DNA of 63,883 bases, filler included, from Asterionella formosa (taxonomy: Eukaryota), in the NCBI GenBank assembly GCA_002256025.1. It is 3 parts of 3 records of this genome, joined end to end, with 100 filler letters (N's around TTAATTAATTAA, not from the genome) between each part and the next. Parts side by side here need not be neighbours in the genome. Positions count along the whole stretch, not along the records: positions 1 to 21,254 come from NKIB01003066.1; positions 21,355 to 42,590 come from NKIB01003075.1; 1 more part is not named here. One strand, written 5' to 3'. Numbering within the stretch: the first letter of the stretch is position 1; the number at the start of each line of letters is the position of its first letter. The position numbers and the translations under genes were made by a program. Positions 11,845 through 23,002 of the stretch are shown here, in pieces. A model generated the notes under the pieces. It saw only the letters and a program-made list of their open reading frames with translations, was not told where the DNA came from and did no database searches.

Positions 11845-14806
11845 TTATGCTGAGTCAGAAATGCAGCTGGTAGTGTCGCCAAGTTGAAAATCCTGTTTTC
11901 CTGTGGTGGTGTCAATCCTTTCAGCTGTAGAGGAGTCTGTCAGGCTTGTTTTGGTTTCTCCAATTTGACCAGATGGTCCAAAGAAACTCAGGAGGACAGG
12001 CAAAAGGATCAATCCGTGAGTAAGCCCAAATGTTACTAGACCAATGAAAGTAATGAAGATGGTGAAAAATATCTGAGATGTTGAAAAGGCCAACGGGAGA
12101 ACTCCTAAAAAGGTGCTGATACCACCAATCAACACAGACACCCCCATCGTTCGAAGAGTATCCTTAATCTTGTCGACACGTTTTTCTTCTTTTGACTCAA
12201 AGTATCTCAAAAGAGGGTGCATGAGGAAATCCACAATGAGTCCAACTGACATCACCATAGAGATGTAGCTCACTGCATTGATTTTGACCCCACAGAATTG
12301 AAGAAACCCCAACAGATTGATGTACATTACTGAGGTAATGGAGAATACAAAGAGCACAGCAGACCAGTGAGGAATAAAGATGAGGCCGACCAACGAGACA
12401 GCAATCACCCCCATGAGCGTATTGACAGTTAATTCGTTTGCCACCACACTATAGAACTCCCAAATGTAGTAAACGCCGTCAAATGTAAAAAAGGCCCATT
12501 CCTTCCTGTTTTGATTGACAAGTTGGGCAGCACTTACATCGCTCTGGTCATGAAGGGCTGTAATCTGTTTATCGATTACTTCTTGGTCCACTTTGTCAAA
12601 ACGAATCGATGTACGGGAACGCAAAATGTTGCCACTGTTGTCTCGAACAATATCATTCTTGTATAGGTCTCTGTATACAGGTACTCCAAGGAAAACATCC
12701 ATTTGCTCATTGAAATTCATCATATCAATTCCATTTGTCTCGTTGACGAAAGCCTTGAAATCACGAAGCCAAAAGAATGCGGGTTGGAATGAAGCTTGGT
12801 CCAGGTCAATGACGTCGTTGACATAGTTTTCCATTTGCTGCTGAACTGATGGATTGCTTTGATCCACATCTCGGAAGTATATGAAAGGGAATATACCACT
12901 CTGTTCAGTGTATGCCTTAAAATTTTCCCAGAAAGTAGTAACATAACTGTCTTTGGGGACAACATCCGTAAACTTGAATTCTTGTTCAAGTTGCGACACA
13001 CTGTACGTACAGCCAGCAAGAAGTCCGGAGAATGCAAGAAGAACAATGCCCTTGACCCAAGGACGGAGGATAAAGTCTCCGTACCACACCATACATCTGT
13101 CAAAGCTATTTTCCTTTAGGCTTGCTTCGTTTGCTTCGTCATCGTCCTGGCGGCCTTTGGCAGTGAAGCATACCAAGCAATCTTTTCGTTTGTCCTTGAC
13201 TCGTCGTTCGTCAATAACAATGAGGGCAACATAGAAAGTGACTTGAAACAGCAAGTCAAAGCAAATGGTAGGTATGGCATAAAGGCAGAGCCAGTATACA
13301 GCAGGAATACTTGAAAGACATCCGGAAGCAAATGCTAGCACACTAGTGAGAGTAGTCAAAAATATGGCAACACTTACTTCATCCATTGTCTCGTGTATGC
13401 GAACAGCTGTCGCCTTGCCAGTGTCGGTGCGTCGAAAAGCGCCAGAGATGATGAATGCATCATCCAAACCTGTTCGGGGGGAATAGAGAATATGAAATCC
13501 ACGAGATTTCACTCAGCAAAGAAAACTTAGACGTTTTCCACTTACCAATACCAAACATGATGAAGGGGAGTATCTGAGTCATGGAAGTGAACGGAATGCC
13601 AAAAATAAAAAGCAAACCATAGCCGCTCATAATGGCCAATAACACAGAAACAACGGCTCCAAATCCAAGCAAACTTCGGGAAAAGACCCAATCAAATTGG
13701 AAGAACACAACGCACGTAAATATTGACATGATCACAAATACAATCGGAACTAGAGGAATATCTGTGACGATGGCCCGTGTGAATTCGTCACTAAAGGAAC
13801 GAACGGCAAATAGCTCAAGACGGAATGGATTGCCGGCTTCAGCGGCCCAAGTAGCACTCAACGCCTTGATGTTTTCTATAGCGGGAGTTTCAAAGTCTTC
13901 GGACTGTCTTGTTTCTGGAAGATTGATGCTGATGAGGTAGGATACAACTGAGGTCAAGGTCAAATTCTCATCCTTTCGAGCCTTTCCAAACACGGCTTCA
14001 GACTCCACTGGCGTGCCGTCTGGATAGGTCAACATTGACAACGCAGCAATCGCCTCTCCATCTGATTGAATATTATCTGTAAAGACCGACTTGGTGTCAT
14101 TCCAGAAACTGGTCACAGCCACTATGTTGCAAGTAACTTGACCGTTGTCGTCCAAGAAATTCGTCATTTGAGAGTTTACACAAACATCGGCATAACCAGG
14201 AGTTGAACGGACAATGTCAACCGCGTCAAAGACACGGCTTATGCCTTCTTGGCCAAGAACACTTTGTCCGTTTGCATGAACCAGCATCATGAAACTACGA
14301 GGGTTTGTAGGAAATCCAGATATATGGTCCACCCAATGCCCTTCCGAAAGGGATCGACAGCCTCGGGGGGTCCACAAAACATCTTCATTCACTTCTACAT
14401 TAAAGTTGGTGAAGATACCAGTGGTCAAAAGTACAAGAGAAAAGATACACACCAATGTGATATATGTCTTTGGATTTCGTACAACGGAATCTGTGATTAC
14501 AAGCATCGCCTTCTTGACTGGGGTTTGAGCATGAAAGATCAAGTTGGACCATTTCTGAGAGAATGTTCTTGTACTAACAAAGCGAGTTTGCGTATCTTGC
14601 ACTTCTTCACAATTAAAAGACGTCACGTCTGTGTCATTATAGATCGCTTGAACCATCGAATGCAACCAGTCAGTGAAATGAGCAATTAATTAACATCCGA
14701 CCTCCCGTTGACTCTTTGCCAACCCTTATAGAACTAACGTACCTTCATGATCCACAGCCACCACACCAGCTGCGTTGTCGACGTCAATTTCCTCCAAGTT
14801 TATCAT
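11845..14806 (-). CDS. Patched/NPC1-related sterol-sensing RND membrane protein; 3 exons (14806-14743, 14646-13546, 13469-11845)
   Basis: SSD motif PFIMFGIG/LDDAFII is restored by intron 13545-13470. Second TM cluster SVGLIVDF and GLTHGLILLPVLLS. Exon 1 and its acceptor are less certain. Confidence 0.88.
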
Positions 14807-15359
14807 AGTGTTATCCTGCTTGAATGGTTTTGCCTCGTTTTTTCTTGATAATTTGACCTTGTAGAATCAATTTGAGTTGCCTGCAATTAATGAGCTGAAC
14901 TTTGAGGATTACGTGTGTGACGATCTATCTACCGGTAATTTTGTTCTTGGGGAACAAACTCCGAGACGTTCCAGGAATCCAAGAATGATAATCCACATAC
15001 AAAATAGTATCCATATATGAAAAGGTTTATATCAAACCATGCAAGATACAGAAATTGACCTTGTGTTCCTGATGGTTCGAAATCGCGCCGCAGATGAGTC
15101 ATATCAGTTTTACTGGACAATTTACACACACGCTGGTCATATACTGGTACCAACTTGGTGCATCCGTACGATGAATTCAACAGATCAGGAATATACACCA
15201 AGACGGAATCCAGAATCCATTTGTATGACTCACTTGATGTTTGAATTGATGATCATACTACATACAACATAAATAATGCATGTATGATATCGTACATGGT
15301 TTTCCGCAGTTCAACCGGTAAACATATTTAGAACTAGACTTTTGAGTTCGTAAAAGGTA

Positions 15360-16650
15360 CCAACATGATGCTGTTTCGAGGTGTTAGATACAATCGCCCA
15401 TCATAACAAAAATAGCAATTCAGATCGAAATCAAATTTGGTTTGGGCATGTAAGCTAAGATTTAATTGAATGAAACAATTCGATTTGCATCAAGATCTAG
15501 TTCATTTTTCAAATGCTCTGTTTTAATTTGCCATGTAATTTGATCATCACAACAAAGAATAATATTTCAATGGAGAGCAAAAGTCGGTTTGAGTCCGCTG
15601 CCAGTTCAACTCGCAAAATATGATGATTTGTATNNNNNNNNNNNNNNNNNNNNNNNNNNNNNNNNNNNNNNNNNNNNNNNNNNNNNNNNNNNNNNNNNNN
15701 NNNNNNNNNNNNNNNNNNNNNNNNNNNNNNNNNNNNNNNNNNNNNNNNNNNNNNNNNNNNNNNNNNNNNNNNNNNNNNNNNNNCATTATGTTCTGAGTTG
15801 TTGGATAAAATCTATCACAGTCAAGAACAACAATGCTGGCTGGCTGAGCAAGAAGAATTCTCATGGAAGCAAAGCAAAAATTGATTTGGTGTTGTTCCCT
15901 GATAGATTATGTAAAAATCAATTCTATGTGAGTGGAGATTTTTTGAAGAAGTATTGTCATAACAAATAAGAAGAATTCATGCAAAAGTAATTCGATTAGG
16001 ATCCACTGATCATTCAAGAACTGTAAACAACAAATTGGGTCAGGTTTGTGTTGAATAATTCAAAAAGGGCGTACATGCTGCTTGTCTTGCGGAATAATCT
16101 ATCATTAGGATTTGATGAAGTATGGAAACTGAAATTGATTTGGGTCTGCTAAGACTTGACCCCAAAAAACCAATTCAATTTGCATCTACTAGATCGATAA
16201 CTGCTTTGTAGTGTTAGGTTTAGGGTTAAGGGATAATCTAAGTTCATATGATGAAGGCCAAGGATTCATAGTGAAAGTGAGAGTTGGTGTCAGCCTGCTG
16301 AGACTTAAACTCTATCAAACAAAGCTATGTACATCAAATAATTCAAAAAGTAAAAATATACTGTTTTGCTTTGTTGGGTAATTCCATCATCACGACGAAG
16401 GTTATTAGTTCATATTGAATACGAGATTAGGTTGGGGTCCACTGACAACCAGTAGTTCAACTCGACAAATGTAACACAATTTAATTTGCATCAACTTGTT
16501 AAAACGAAGACCAACATATTATTGAGTTGTTGGATGACTCTATAATCAATCATAACAAAGAAAAGTAACTCATATGGAAAGTGAAATTATATTTGGGTTT
16601 GCTGAGCGACAGATTATTAAAAATCAAATTCTAATTGAGTTGAGCTTGAC
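15360..16650. repeat. Degenerate tandem repeat region, period roughly 140-150 bp
   Basis: Recurring motifs GAAATT..TTTGGG..TGCTG (near 15427, 15580, 15877, 16131, 16279, 16422, 16583), CAATT.(A/G)ATTTGCATC (near 15476, 16172, 16477) and GAGTTGTTGGAT (near 15795, 16524). Confidence 0.45.
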
Positions 16651-18449
16651 GATTTTTGTTCGAAGAAGAGGAGGTTCAAATAATTTGCCGTCAAAAATCA
16701 CTTGAAAGAGGCAGGTTCTGTTGAGTATTGGCATGATGGAAGCAAACATTTGTGATACAAGGAAATAATACATGAATGATAACAAATCAGCTGAATTTAC
16801 TAGTAAAATCTGCTGAATCGAAGATATTTATTTAGTTTTCCAGGATATTTTATTCATTGGATTTGAAGCGATAAGACGCAGTTTCTATATAGGAACGCTT
16901 GTTTTTAGGATATGCTCTACAGTCACGGCCATCTTTTTCTACTCGCATATAAAAATTTCAAGGTAGTTCGGAGGCAATTGAGTTTTAATTTTATGTCCTT
17001 AAAGTAAAAGATGGCTGAGAAAATCACCATGATTCTGACTCCTGATATGTTAGGGGCGATTCCAATGCGCCTACATACCGGTATACCAGTACCAGGTAGT
17101 ACTAGTGTAGTATGCAGATGACGGTACCGGTAATGGATTTGGTTGTACATTGACTTTCATTGAAGATTCACTGCAAGTAACTACACGTGGCTGCAAGTAA
17201 GCGAGTGACAGAACAGATTGCTATCACACGGTCATCCTGGTGCTATCTAAATATATCTAAGTTTTGATCGAGAAAAGAGGTTTTGGTCAAGTAAAAATTA
17301 CATAGAATGAATCATGTGGCCTGTGTCAGAAATATATATACTATCAGCTAATTTAATTTTAAGAACAAAATTATTTACCAGATTTGGAGTGCTCATATCA
17401 TTTTAGCTGAATGAAAAATTCAGCTGAAATGATGTAACAGATCGTGATGCATGTTTCAAAATTCTTTCGAACACCCTTGAAACTCTCGAAAAATTTATCC
17501 CTGTACACAACACAGGATTCCGTAAGTTTATTCATCTTTTGGGAGCATTCTACTACGATCTAGTAACAGGCAGCTACCGGACAATCGTCCGCGAGAACGC
17601 CGTGAAGGTGATCTTCACTATGACTTCAACCGAAAATCACTAGCTTCACCGTGTTCGTCTTGCTGATCCGCAGGTTGATCATGTTCTCAACTAAAGGACG
17701 ATCGTCCTGTGGAGCAAAATAGAATCGTGGTACTTTGTCCGGCAGAACTGTACTGATGAGCGACAATCAAAGAAGCAACAACTAATGTCTGCACATGCAA
17801 ACTTCGCCGTAAATATACAGTGTAGAAGCCATTATGTTTTAGCCACAGCGATTCCTATACGGAAAAATTCTTCGAGTTTCACCGAAATTATAGTTGAGCC
17901 ATCATTCAACAAACGCCTATGGCACTTTATGTTACTCCTTTACCTATTTTGGAAAAATTGTCTATTGGCTGAGCTACCCCTCGAGAACAACAAAGCATGA
18001 GAAAACCAGCCACTAGCAATGTTCAACAATCTATCAGCTGATCAACAATGGTGGTGCTTTTGGTAGTGCTGGTGACCTAATAACAGCTTTAATGATAAAA
18101 AACTATAAGAATTCATGATTAGAAACTATAATACATTTTGGGGCACTTGTAAAACTGATGGATCTGTTGGCCATTTGCTAGCTGATTTGCAAGTTATTGG
18201 CATTCCAAATCCTGATATACAAACAATCCATTAAATTTCTATTCAGGACACAAGCAAAAAGGAAACTATTGAGACTCACATAACTTGAATTGGAATCAGG
18301 AATCTCTTTCTGTTTCAACTTTCAATCGACCATACTTTCTCGTTCGGTTCGTATAGATAGATGTGCCGGTATTGTAGCAAGGCTAACAAATAGCGGTACG
18401 GTGCATCAATTATTTTATATTTAGAAATCTGGCAACCATTTTCACGAGG

Positions 18450-19805
18450 ATGACAACCTTTCTTCGTCCCGCCCTTCCAACTACGGCTGTGGGATGCATA
18501 GCAGCAGTGATTGGTGCCTTTTATCTTTGGCGCTCGAAGCAGAGACGAAAGACTGTAGTGGGCGCCGATTTAGAGTCTCTTTTACTCAATGAGGATACAG
18601 ACCACGGTCAGCGTTGCATCTACCTGGACTACAACGGAACAACCCCCGTTCATCCTCAAGTGCTGGAAGCCATGCTTCCGTTTTTTACGACACATTTTGG
18701 AAATCCATCGAGCTCGCATTATTTTGGTCAACATCCCAAGGTGGCGGTGGATGGAGCGCGAAAGTCTCTACTGACCTTATTGGGAGCACCCACAACTGAG
18801 ACAAGTTCGATTTGGTTTACTGGATGTGGGACTGAATCCGACAATCTAGCGATTCAACTGGCTATTCAATCGAATCTATTGGTGAAGAAAAAGCACATTG
18901 TGACCTCTAATGTAGAGCATCCCGCGATTGAAGTTTGCCTCAAGGCTCTGGAACACGATGGTTTGATAGAAGTCACGTATATTCCAGTTGGACCCAATGG
19001 CCGTGTCAGTGCTCAAGATATGATTGCTGCTCTACAAACCAACACAATCCTTGTAACTCTCATGCTTGCCAATAATGAATCGGGTGCCATTCAGCCTGTC
19101 AAGGAAGTTGCTGAAGCATGTCGTAAACGAAACATTCTCTTTCATACCGATGCAGCACAAGCTGCCGGCAAAGTATCCGTCAGGTTGGAAGACATGGGAC
19201 ATCCGGATATGGTTACCTTGGTGGGCCATAAGATCGGAGCTCCAAAGGGAGTGGCTGCCTTGTATGTACGACAAGATTGTTGCAATGAGTGTGGACGAAC
19301 TCTTCCTCAAAAATGCATTTTGCTATTTGGAGGTGGTCAAGAACATGGTCGACGAGGGGGGACAGAGAACGTTCCATATCTAGTAGGCATGGGTAAGGCA
19401 GCAGAATTAGCAATCGCTGACTTGGATCGAAATTCCAAGCATATGGAAGAAATGAGAAATAGACTATTGGGAAATCTGAAACGTCATCTTGGGGACGAAC
19501 AGGTGAGACCCAATGGCCCAACTGATTCATCGTTGAGACTGCCAAACACTTTGAGTGTCGGAATCAAGGGAGTACAGAGTGGCAATTTGCTTAAAATGAT
19601 TGGAAACGATGTCGCAGCAAGTGCTGGAGCTGCGTGTCATTCAACTGGGGACGGTGACATTTCAGCTGTATTACGAGCCATGAATGTCCCTGATGACTTT
19701 GCACGTGGGACTTTGCGGCTGACTGTGGGTCCCAGGACAACAGCTGTGGAAGTGGATCAAGCATCGGTCATTATCGCCCACGAAGTCAAACGTCAAATAC
19801 AGTAG
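18450..19805 (+). CDS. PLP-dependent cysteine desulfurase / selenocysteine lyase-like (NifS class V aminotransferase)
   Basis: YLDYNGTTP, GNPSS, VEHPA, HTDAAQ, PLP lysine in GHK, RGGTEN, catalytic loop SAGAACHS. Confidence 0.9.
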   Translation: MTTFLRPALPTTAVGCIAAVIGAFYLWRSKQRRKTVVGADLESLLLNEDTDHGQRCIYLDYNGTTPVHPQVLEAMLPFFTTHFGNPSSSHYFGQHPKVAVDGARKSLLTLLGAPTTETSSIWFTGCGTESDNLAIQLAIQSNLLVKKKHIVTSNVEHPAIEVCLKALEHDGLIEVTYIPVGPNGRVSAQDMIAALQTNTILVTLMLANNESGAIQPVKEVAEACRKRNILFHTDAAQAAGKVSVRLEDMGHPDMVTLVGHKIGAPKGVAALYVRQDCCNECGRTLPQKCILLFGGGQEHGRRGGTENVPYLVGMGKAAELAIADLDRNSKHMEEMRNRLLGNLKRHLGDEQVRPNGPTDSSLRLPNTLSVGIKGVQSGNLLKMIGNDVAASAGAACHSTGDGDISAVLRAMNVPDDFARGTLRLTVGPRTTAVEVDQASVIIAHEVKRQIQ

Positions 19806-19902
19806 ACCTATGATCTTTTCCTTAGCTAGGTTGTATACACTCCATGAATTTTTTCTAGAAAGCTGGCTCGACCTTGAGTCAAAAGCGAAAAAAATGATTT
19901 CA

Positions 19903-21207
19903 TCATTGTCCCTCCTCTTGAGTCTGCAGCAGTGCAAGCAGTTGATCCAACTTGATGTTCATGGCATCCACTTTTTGCTCCAACAAGCCCATTCTCGACT
20001 GGTGACCCCTAGCCTGAACGATTCCCTGCATATGTACACTATGATTGGACCAGGAAGGCATCGTCTGTTTCTCATTCATCAATTGTTCGATAAACTCGGA
20101 TTGAGTCAACAAACCTGATTTATCAACATCTGCTCTTGTAAATACTTGCTTCAAATGCTTGACGATTTCCTCGTCGGTGTCTTCATCTTCACCTGCAATA
20201 ATCTTTTGATATTCTTCATCACTTGAATCTTCGTTAGCTGAGCTCGTCCATTCACTTGAAGAAGAAGACTCTGGGTCTTTCCCGGATCGCTTACGACGGG
20301 CTGCCGCAGCTAGTCGTGCTGCCTCTGCTTCAAATCCCCATGTTAACATGGATGCTGGAATGGCAAACATCCCAATGGAAAAGACTCCCGTCAACAGTAC
20401 AACTCCTTTGGTATACCACGGCAAATTAGTTGCATCTGGTCCTCCTTGACCAGTGAGCATGAGTGTTGCAATGTAGATGGTGGATCCAATGGACTCAAAG
20501 TCTTCTAGCTCACCAGGTGGTCGAAGATAGTACATGAGAACGGCTGTAGTTAGGACTAATCCTGTGCACAGAATAAAGGCCACCCATAAAATGGCTCGGT
20601 TGTAAAAAATGACACGAATGACAGCATCCATGGCATTGGAAAACGATTGTGTTTTCAAAATACGCAGGATTCGGAATATTCGGAGGTAAGTGAGTGTGGG
20701 TAGGGGTAGGCCACAAAAGTATTCGATGAAAAAGGGGAGTGTGGCCAAAGTATCAATGAGAGCGCTCCAAGATGATAGGTATCGTAATCGACCATAAACA
20801 GGAGCAAATTCCTTGAAATACTTGGATTCCATGCAAGTTACCAAGCGACCAATGTATTCAACCAAAAATATGGTGCTAGTAATTCCTTCCACGAAAAGAA
20901 AAATAGGAAGTTCCTTGTACTTTGGTTCTGTCGAGATGATGAAGGACATCAAATCGATGATAATGACTCCTGTAATACACATTTTGAACAACTGCGCAGA
21001 AAACTGGCGAGACCTGGGATTCAACATTGTGTAGACAAAGGAATGTACTGTTCGTTCGGATATCAAGGCGGATCTGGAATTTGGTGTCTGCAAGAGTGTC
21101 CTCAGGACAGGCTGTTGTCGATGAGATTCTCTTCTAATACTATTGATCTTTCTGGATTGCTTGCTCAGTGGCACATGGCTCCGACCAGCTTTCATAGTAC
21201 CGGACAA
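19903..21207 (-). CDS. Single-domain voltage-gated (Kv-like) 6TM ion channel with EF-hand and C-terminal coiled coil; 5' end possibly in the gap
   Basis: S2 FLVEYIGRL, S3 IDTLATLPF, S4 LRIFRILRILK, pore helix FESIGSTIY, S6 GMFAIPA, EF-hand DVDKSGLLTQSE. Confidence 0.82.
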   Translation of the reverse strand: MSGTMKAGRSHVPLSKQSRKINSIRRESHRQQPVLRTLLQTPNSRSALISERTVHSFVYTMLNPRSRQFSAQLFKMCITGVIIIDLMSFIISTEPKYKELPIFLFVEGITSTIFLVEYIGRLVTCMESKYFKEFAPVYGRLRYLSSWSALIDTLATLPFFIEYFCGLPLPTLTYLRIFRILRILKTQSFSNAMDAVIRVIFYNRAILWVAFILCTGLVLTTAVLMYYLRPPGELEDFESIGSTIYIATLMLTGQGGPDATNLPWYTKGVVLLTGVFSIGMFAIPASMLTWGFEAEAARLAAAARRKRSGKDPESSSSSEWTSSANEDSSDEEYQKIIAGEDEDTDEEIVKHLKQVFTRADVDKSGLLTQSEFIEQLMNEKQTMPSWSNHSVHMQGIVQARGHQSRMGLLEQKVDAMNIKLDQLLALLQTQEEGQ

Positions 21208-21298
21208 GAGGGGTGTAGTGGGAGTAGGAACGGGATCACCGTCGCTGTTGGTGCNNNNNNNNNNNNNNNNNNNNNNNNNNNNNNNNNNNNNNNNNNNN

Positions 21299-21310
21299 TT
21301 AATTAATTAA
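21299..21310. other. Artificial scaffolding linker TTAATTAATTAA inside an N run (second copy at about 42635-42646)
   Basis: Six-frame stop linker flanked by Ns, identical at two gaps. Confidence 0.9.
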
Positions 21311-22144
21311 NNNNNNNNNNNNNNNNNNNNNNNNNNNNNNNNNNNNNNNNNNNNTGTCTCTGCTTCTAGCCTTCCTGCTAGATAGACTAATTGACCTTCC
21401 TGTCAATTAACACACTGTTTCCTCGGTTGATAATCTAAATCTCAAATTAAATTATAAGCTAAACTAAATGTTTCCTTTCCATGCATCTTTGCTTCCTGCA
21501 AAGTCATTCTAAGACTCTCTTCGAGTTTCCACTTAACATTTCCATAGAAATCTTCAATCTCTGATCTCGTTAGACAGCTGATTGACGTGGCAATGCAATA
21601 TTCGACTCGTTCGATTACAATCGAGTCCACAATCCTTGTGACTCGGGCTAATATTCTTGACACTCCCCGACAAGCAAAGCAAAAGAACGCACATCATACT
21701 GTGTACACCCATTCTTACGTACCTGGTACCTACCTCGACCTGGTACCCTGGTACCTTGTAGTCGTATGGTGGGTGTGCCTGATGATGGATGGCTGCTCAT
21801 GGCGAGGCAGTGCTTAACGAAATCAGTTGAGGTTCACACTGCCAGAAGCAAGATACACTGCCAAAGTCACAACAAGTCGTGCCTTCCGGATTCATTCGTT
21901 GTGCGTACTAAATGTAACACGTATATAGTTACATAATAGGATTGCAAGTGATGTGAATGCATCATGAAACGCAACTATTGGTAAAATATTGTACGCAGCG
22001 CGACGAAAACCCAGGCATCAAGAATCACGACGAGAACACTAAAAAGCTGGTGCACAAAATTCTGACTGGATATCTGGCAAGCTTTTGCAGAGAAACAATT
22101 GCTCCGCTTACTAATCAACACTTCTATTCTTCAATCAACCCAAG

Positions 22145-23002
22145 ATGTCGGAAGGATGCTGTTGCTTTCGCTGCGTTCGCACGCAAGAGGTTGCCGTTGT
22201 TGAAGATCTGGGACAGTTCAAGTCGCTACTCGATCCTGGCTTCCATTTCTTGTGTTGGCCCATTAGGACCATTGTAGGAGCTCTTACTCTCCGTATTCAA
22301 CAGATCGATCTTGTTTGTGAGACTAAAACGAAGGATAATGTGTTTGTTCAGGTTGCTGTTGCGGTGCAGTTTCGTGTCTTATTGGAGAGCGCATATGATG
22401 CGTATTACAGATTGAGCGACCCCAAGAGTCAGATTCAAGCCTATGTCTTCGACGTTGTTCGTTCGACTGTGCCAAAGATGGAGCTTGATGAGGCCTTTGC
22501 CAGCAAGGCAGAAATTGCTTCAGCGACCTTGCACCAGCTCAAAGATGTCATGAAAGACTACGGCTATGAAATTCTTACGACATTGGTCACGGATCTCGCA
22601 CCTGATGCAAAGGTCAAGGCTTCCATGAATGAGATTAACGCATCTCGGCGTCTCAAGGAAGCTGCGTCACACAAGGCTGAAGCCGACAAGGTCCGTCAGG
22701 TCAAGGCTGCCGAAGCAGACGCTGAGGCTCGTTACTTGAGTGGTCTTGGTGTCGCTCGCCAGCGAAAGGCTATTGTTGAGGGCCTGCAAGAATCTGTTGC
22801 TGAATTCAGTTCTGAAGTTGCAGGGGCGACTCCCAAGGATGTCATGGATATCTTATTGTTGAGTCAGTACTTTGATACTTTGAGTGTCATTGGAGCCAAT
22901 AGCTTGATTCTCGAGCACGATCCTTCTACTGTTGCAAACCTTCAAGCGCAGGTTGGAAACTCGTTTGGTTCGCGCAATCATGGTATGGGAAAGAAGGCCT
23001 AA
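22145..23002 (+). CDS. SPFH/Band-7 protein, hypersensitive-induced response (HIR)-like
   Basis: Cys-rich N-terminus GCCCFRCV, ETKTKDNVFV, AYVFDVVRSTVP, LSGLGVARQRKAI, QYFDTL. Confidence 0.92.
   Translation: MSEGCCCFRCVRTQEVAVVEDLGQFKSLLDPGFHFLCWPIRTIVGALTLRIQQIDLVCETKTKDNVFVQVAVAVQFRVLLESAYDAYYRLSDPKSQIQAYVFDVVRSTVPKMELDEAFASKAEIASATLHQLKDVMKDYGYEILTTLVTDLAPDAKVKASMNEINASRRLKEAASHKAEADKVRQVKAAEADAEARYLSGLGVARQRKAIVEGLQESVAEFSSEVAGATPKDVMDILLLSQYFDTLSVIGANSLILEHDPSTVANLQAQVGNSFGSRNHGMGKKA

Noticed and set aside
21299..21310. TTAATTAATTAA palindromes at two loci
   Set aside because: Synthetic contig-joining linker embedded in Ns.
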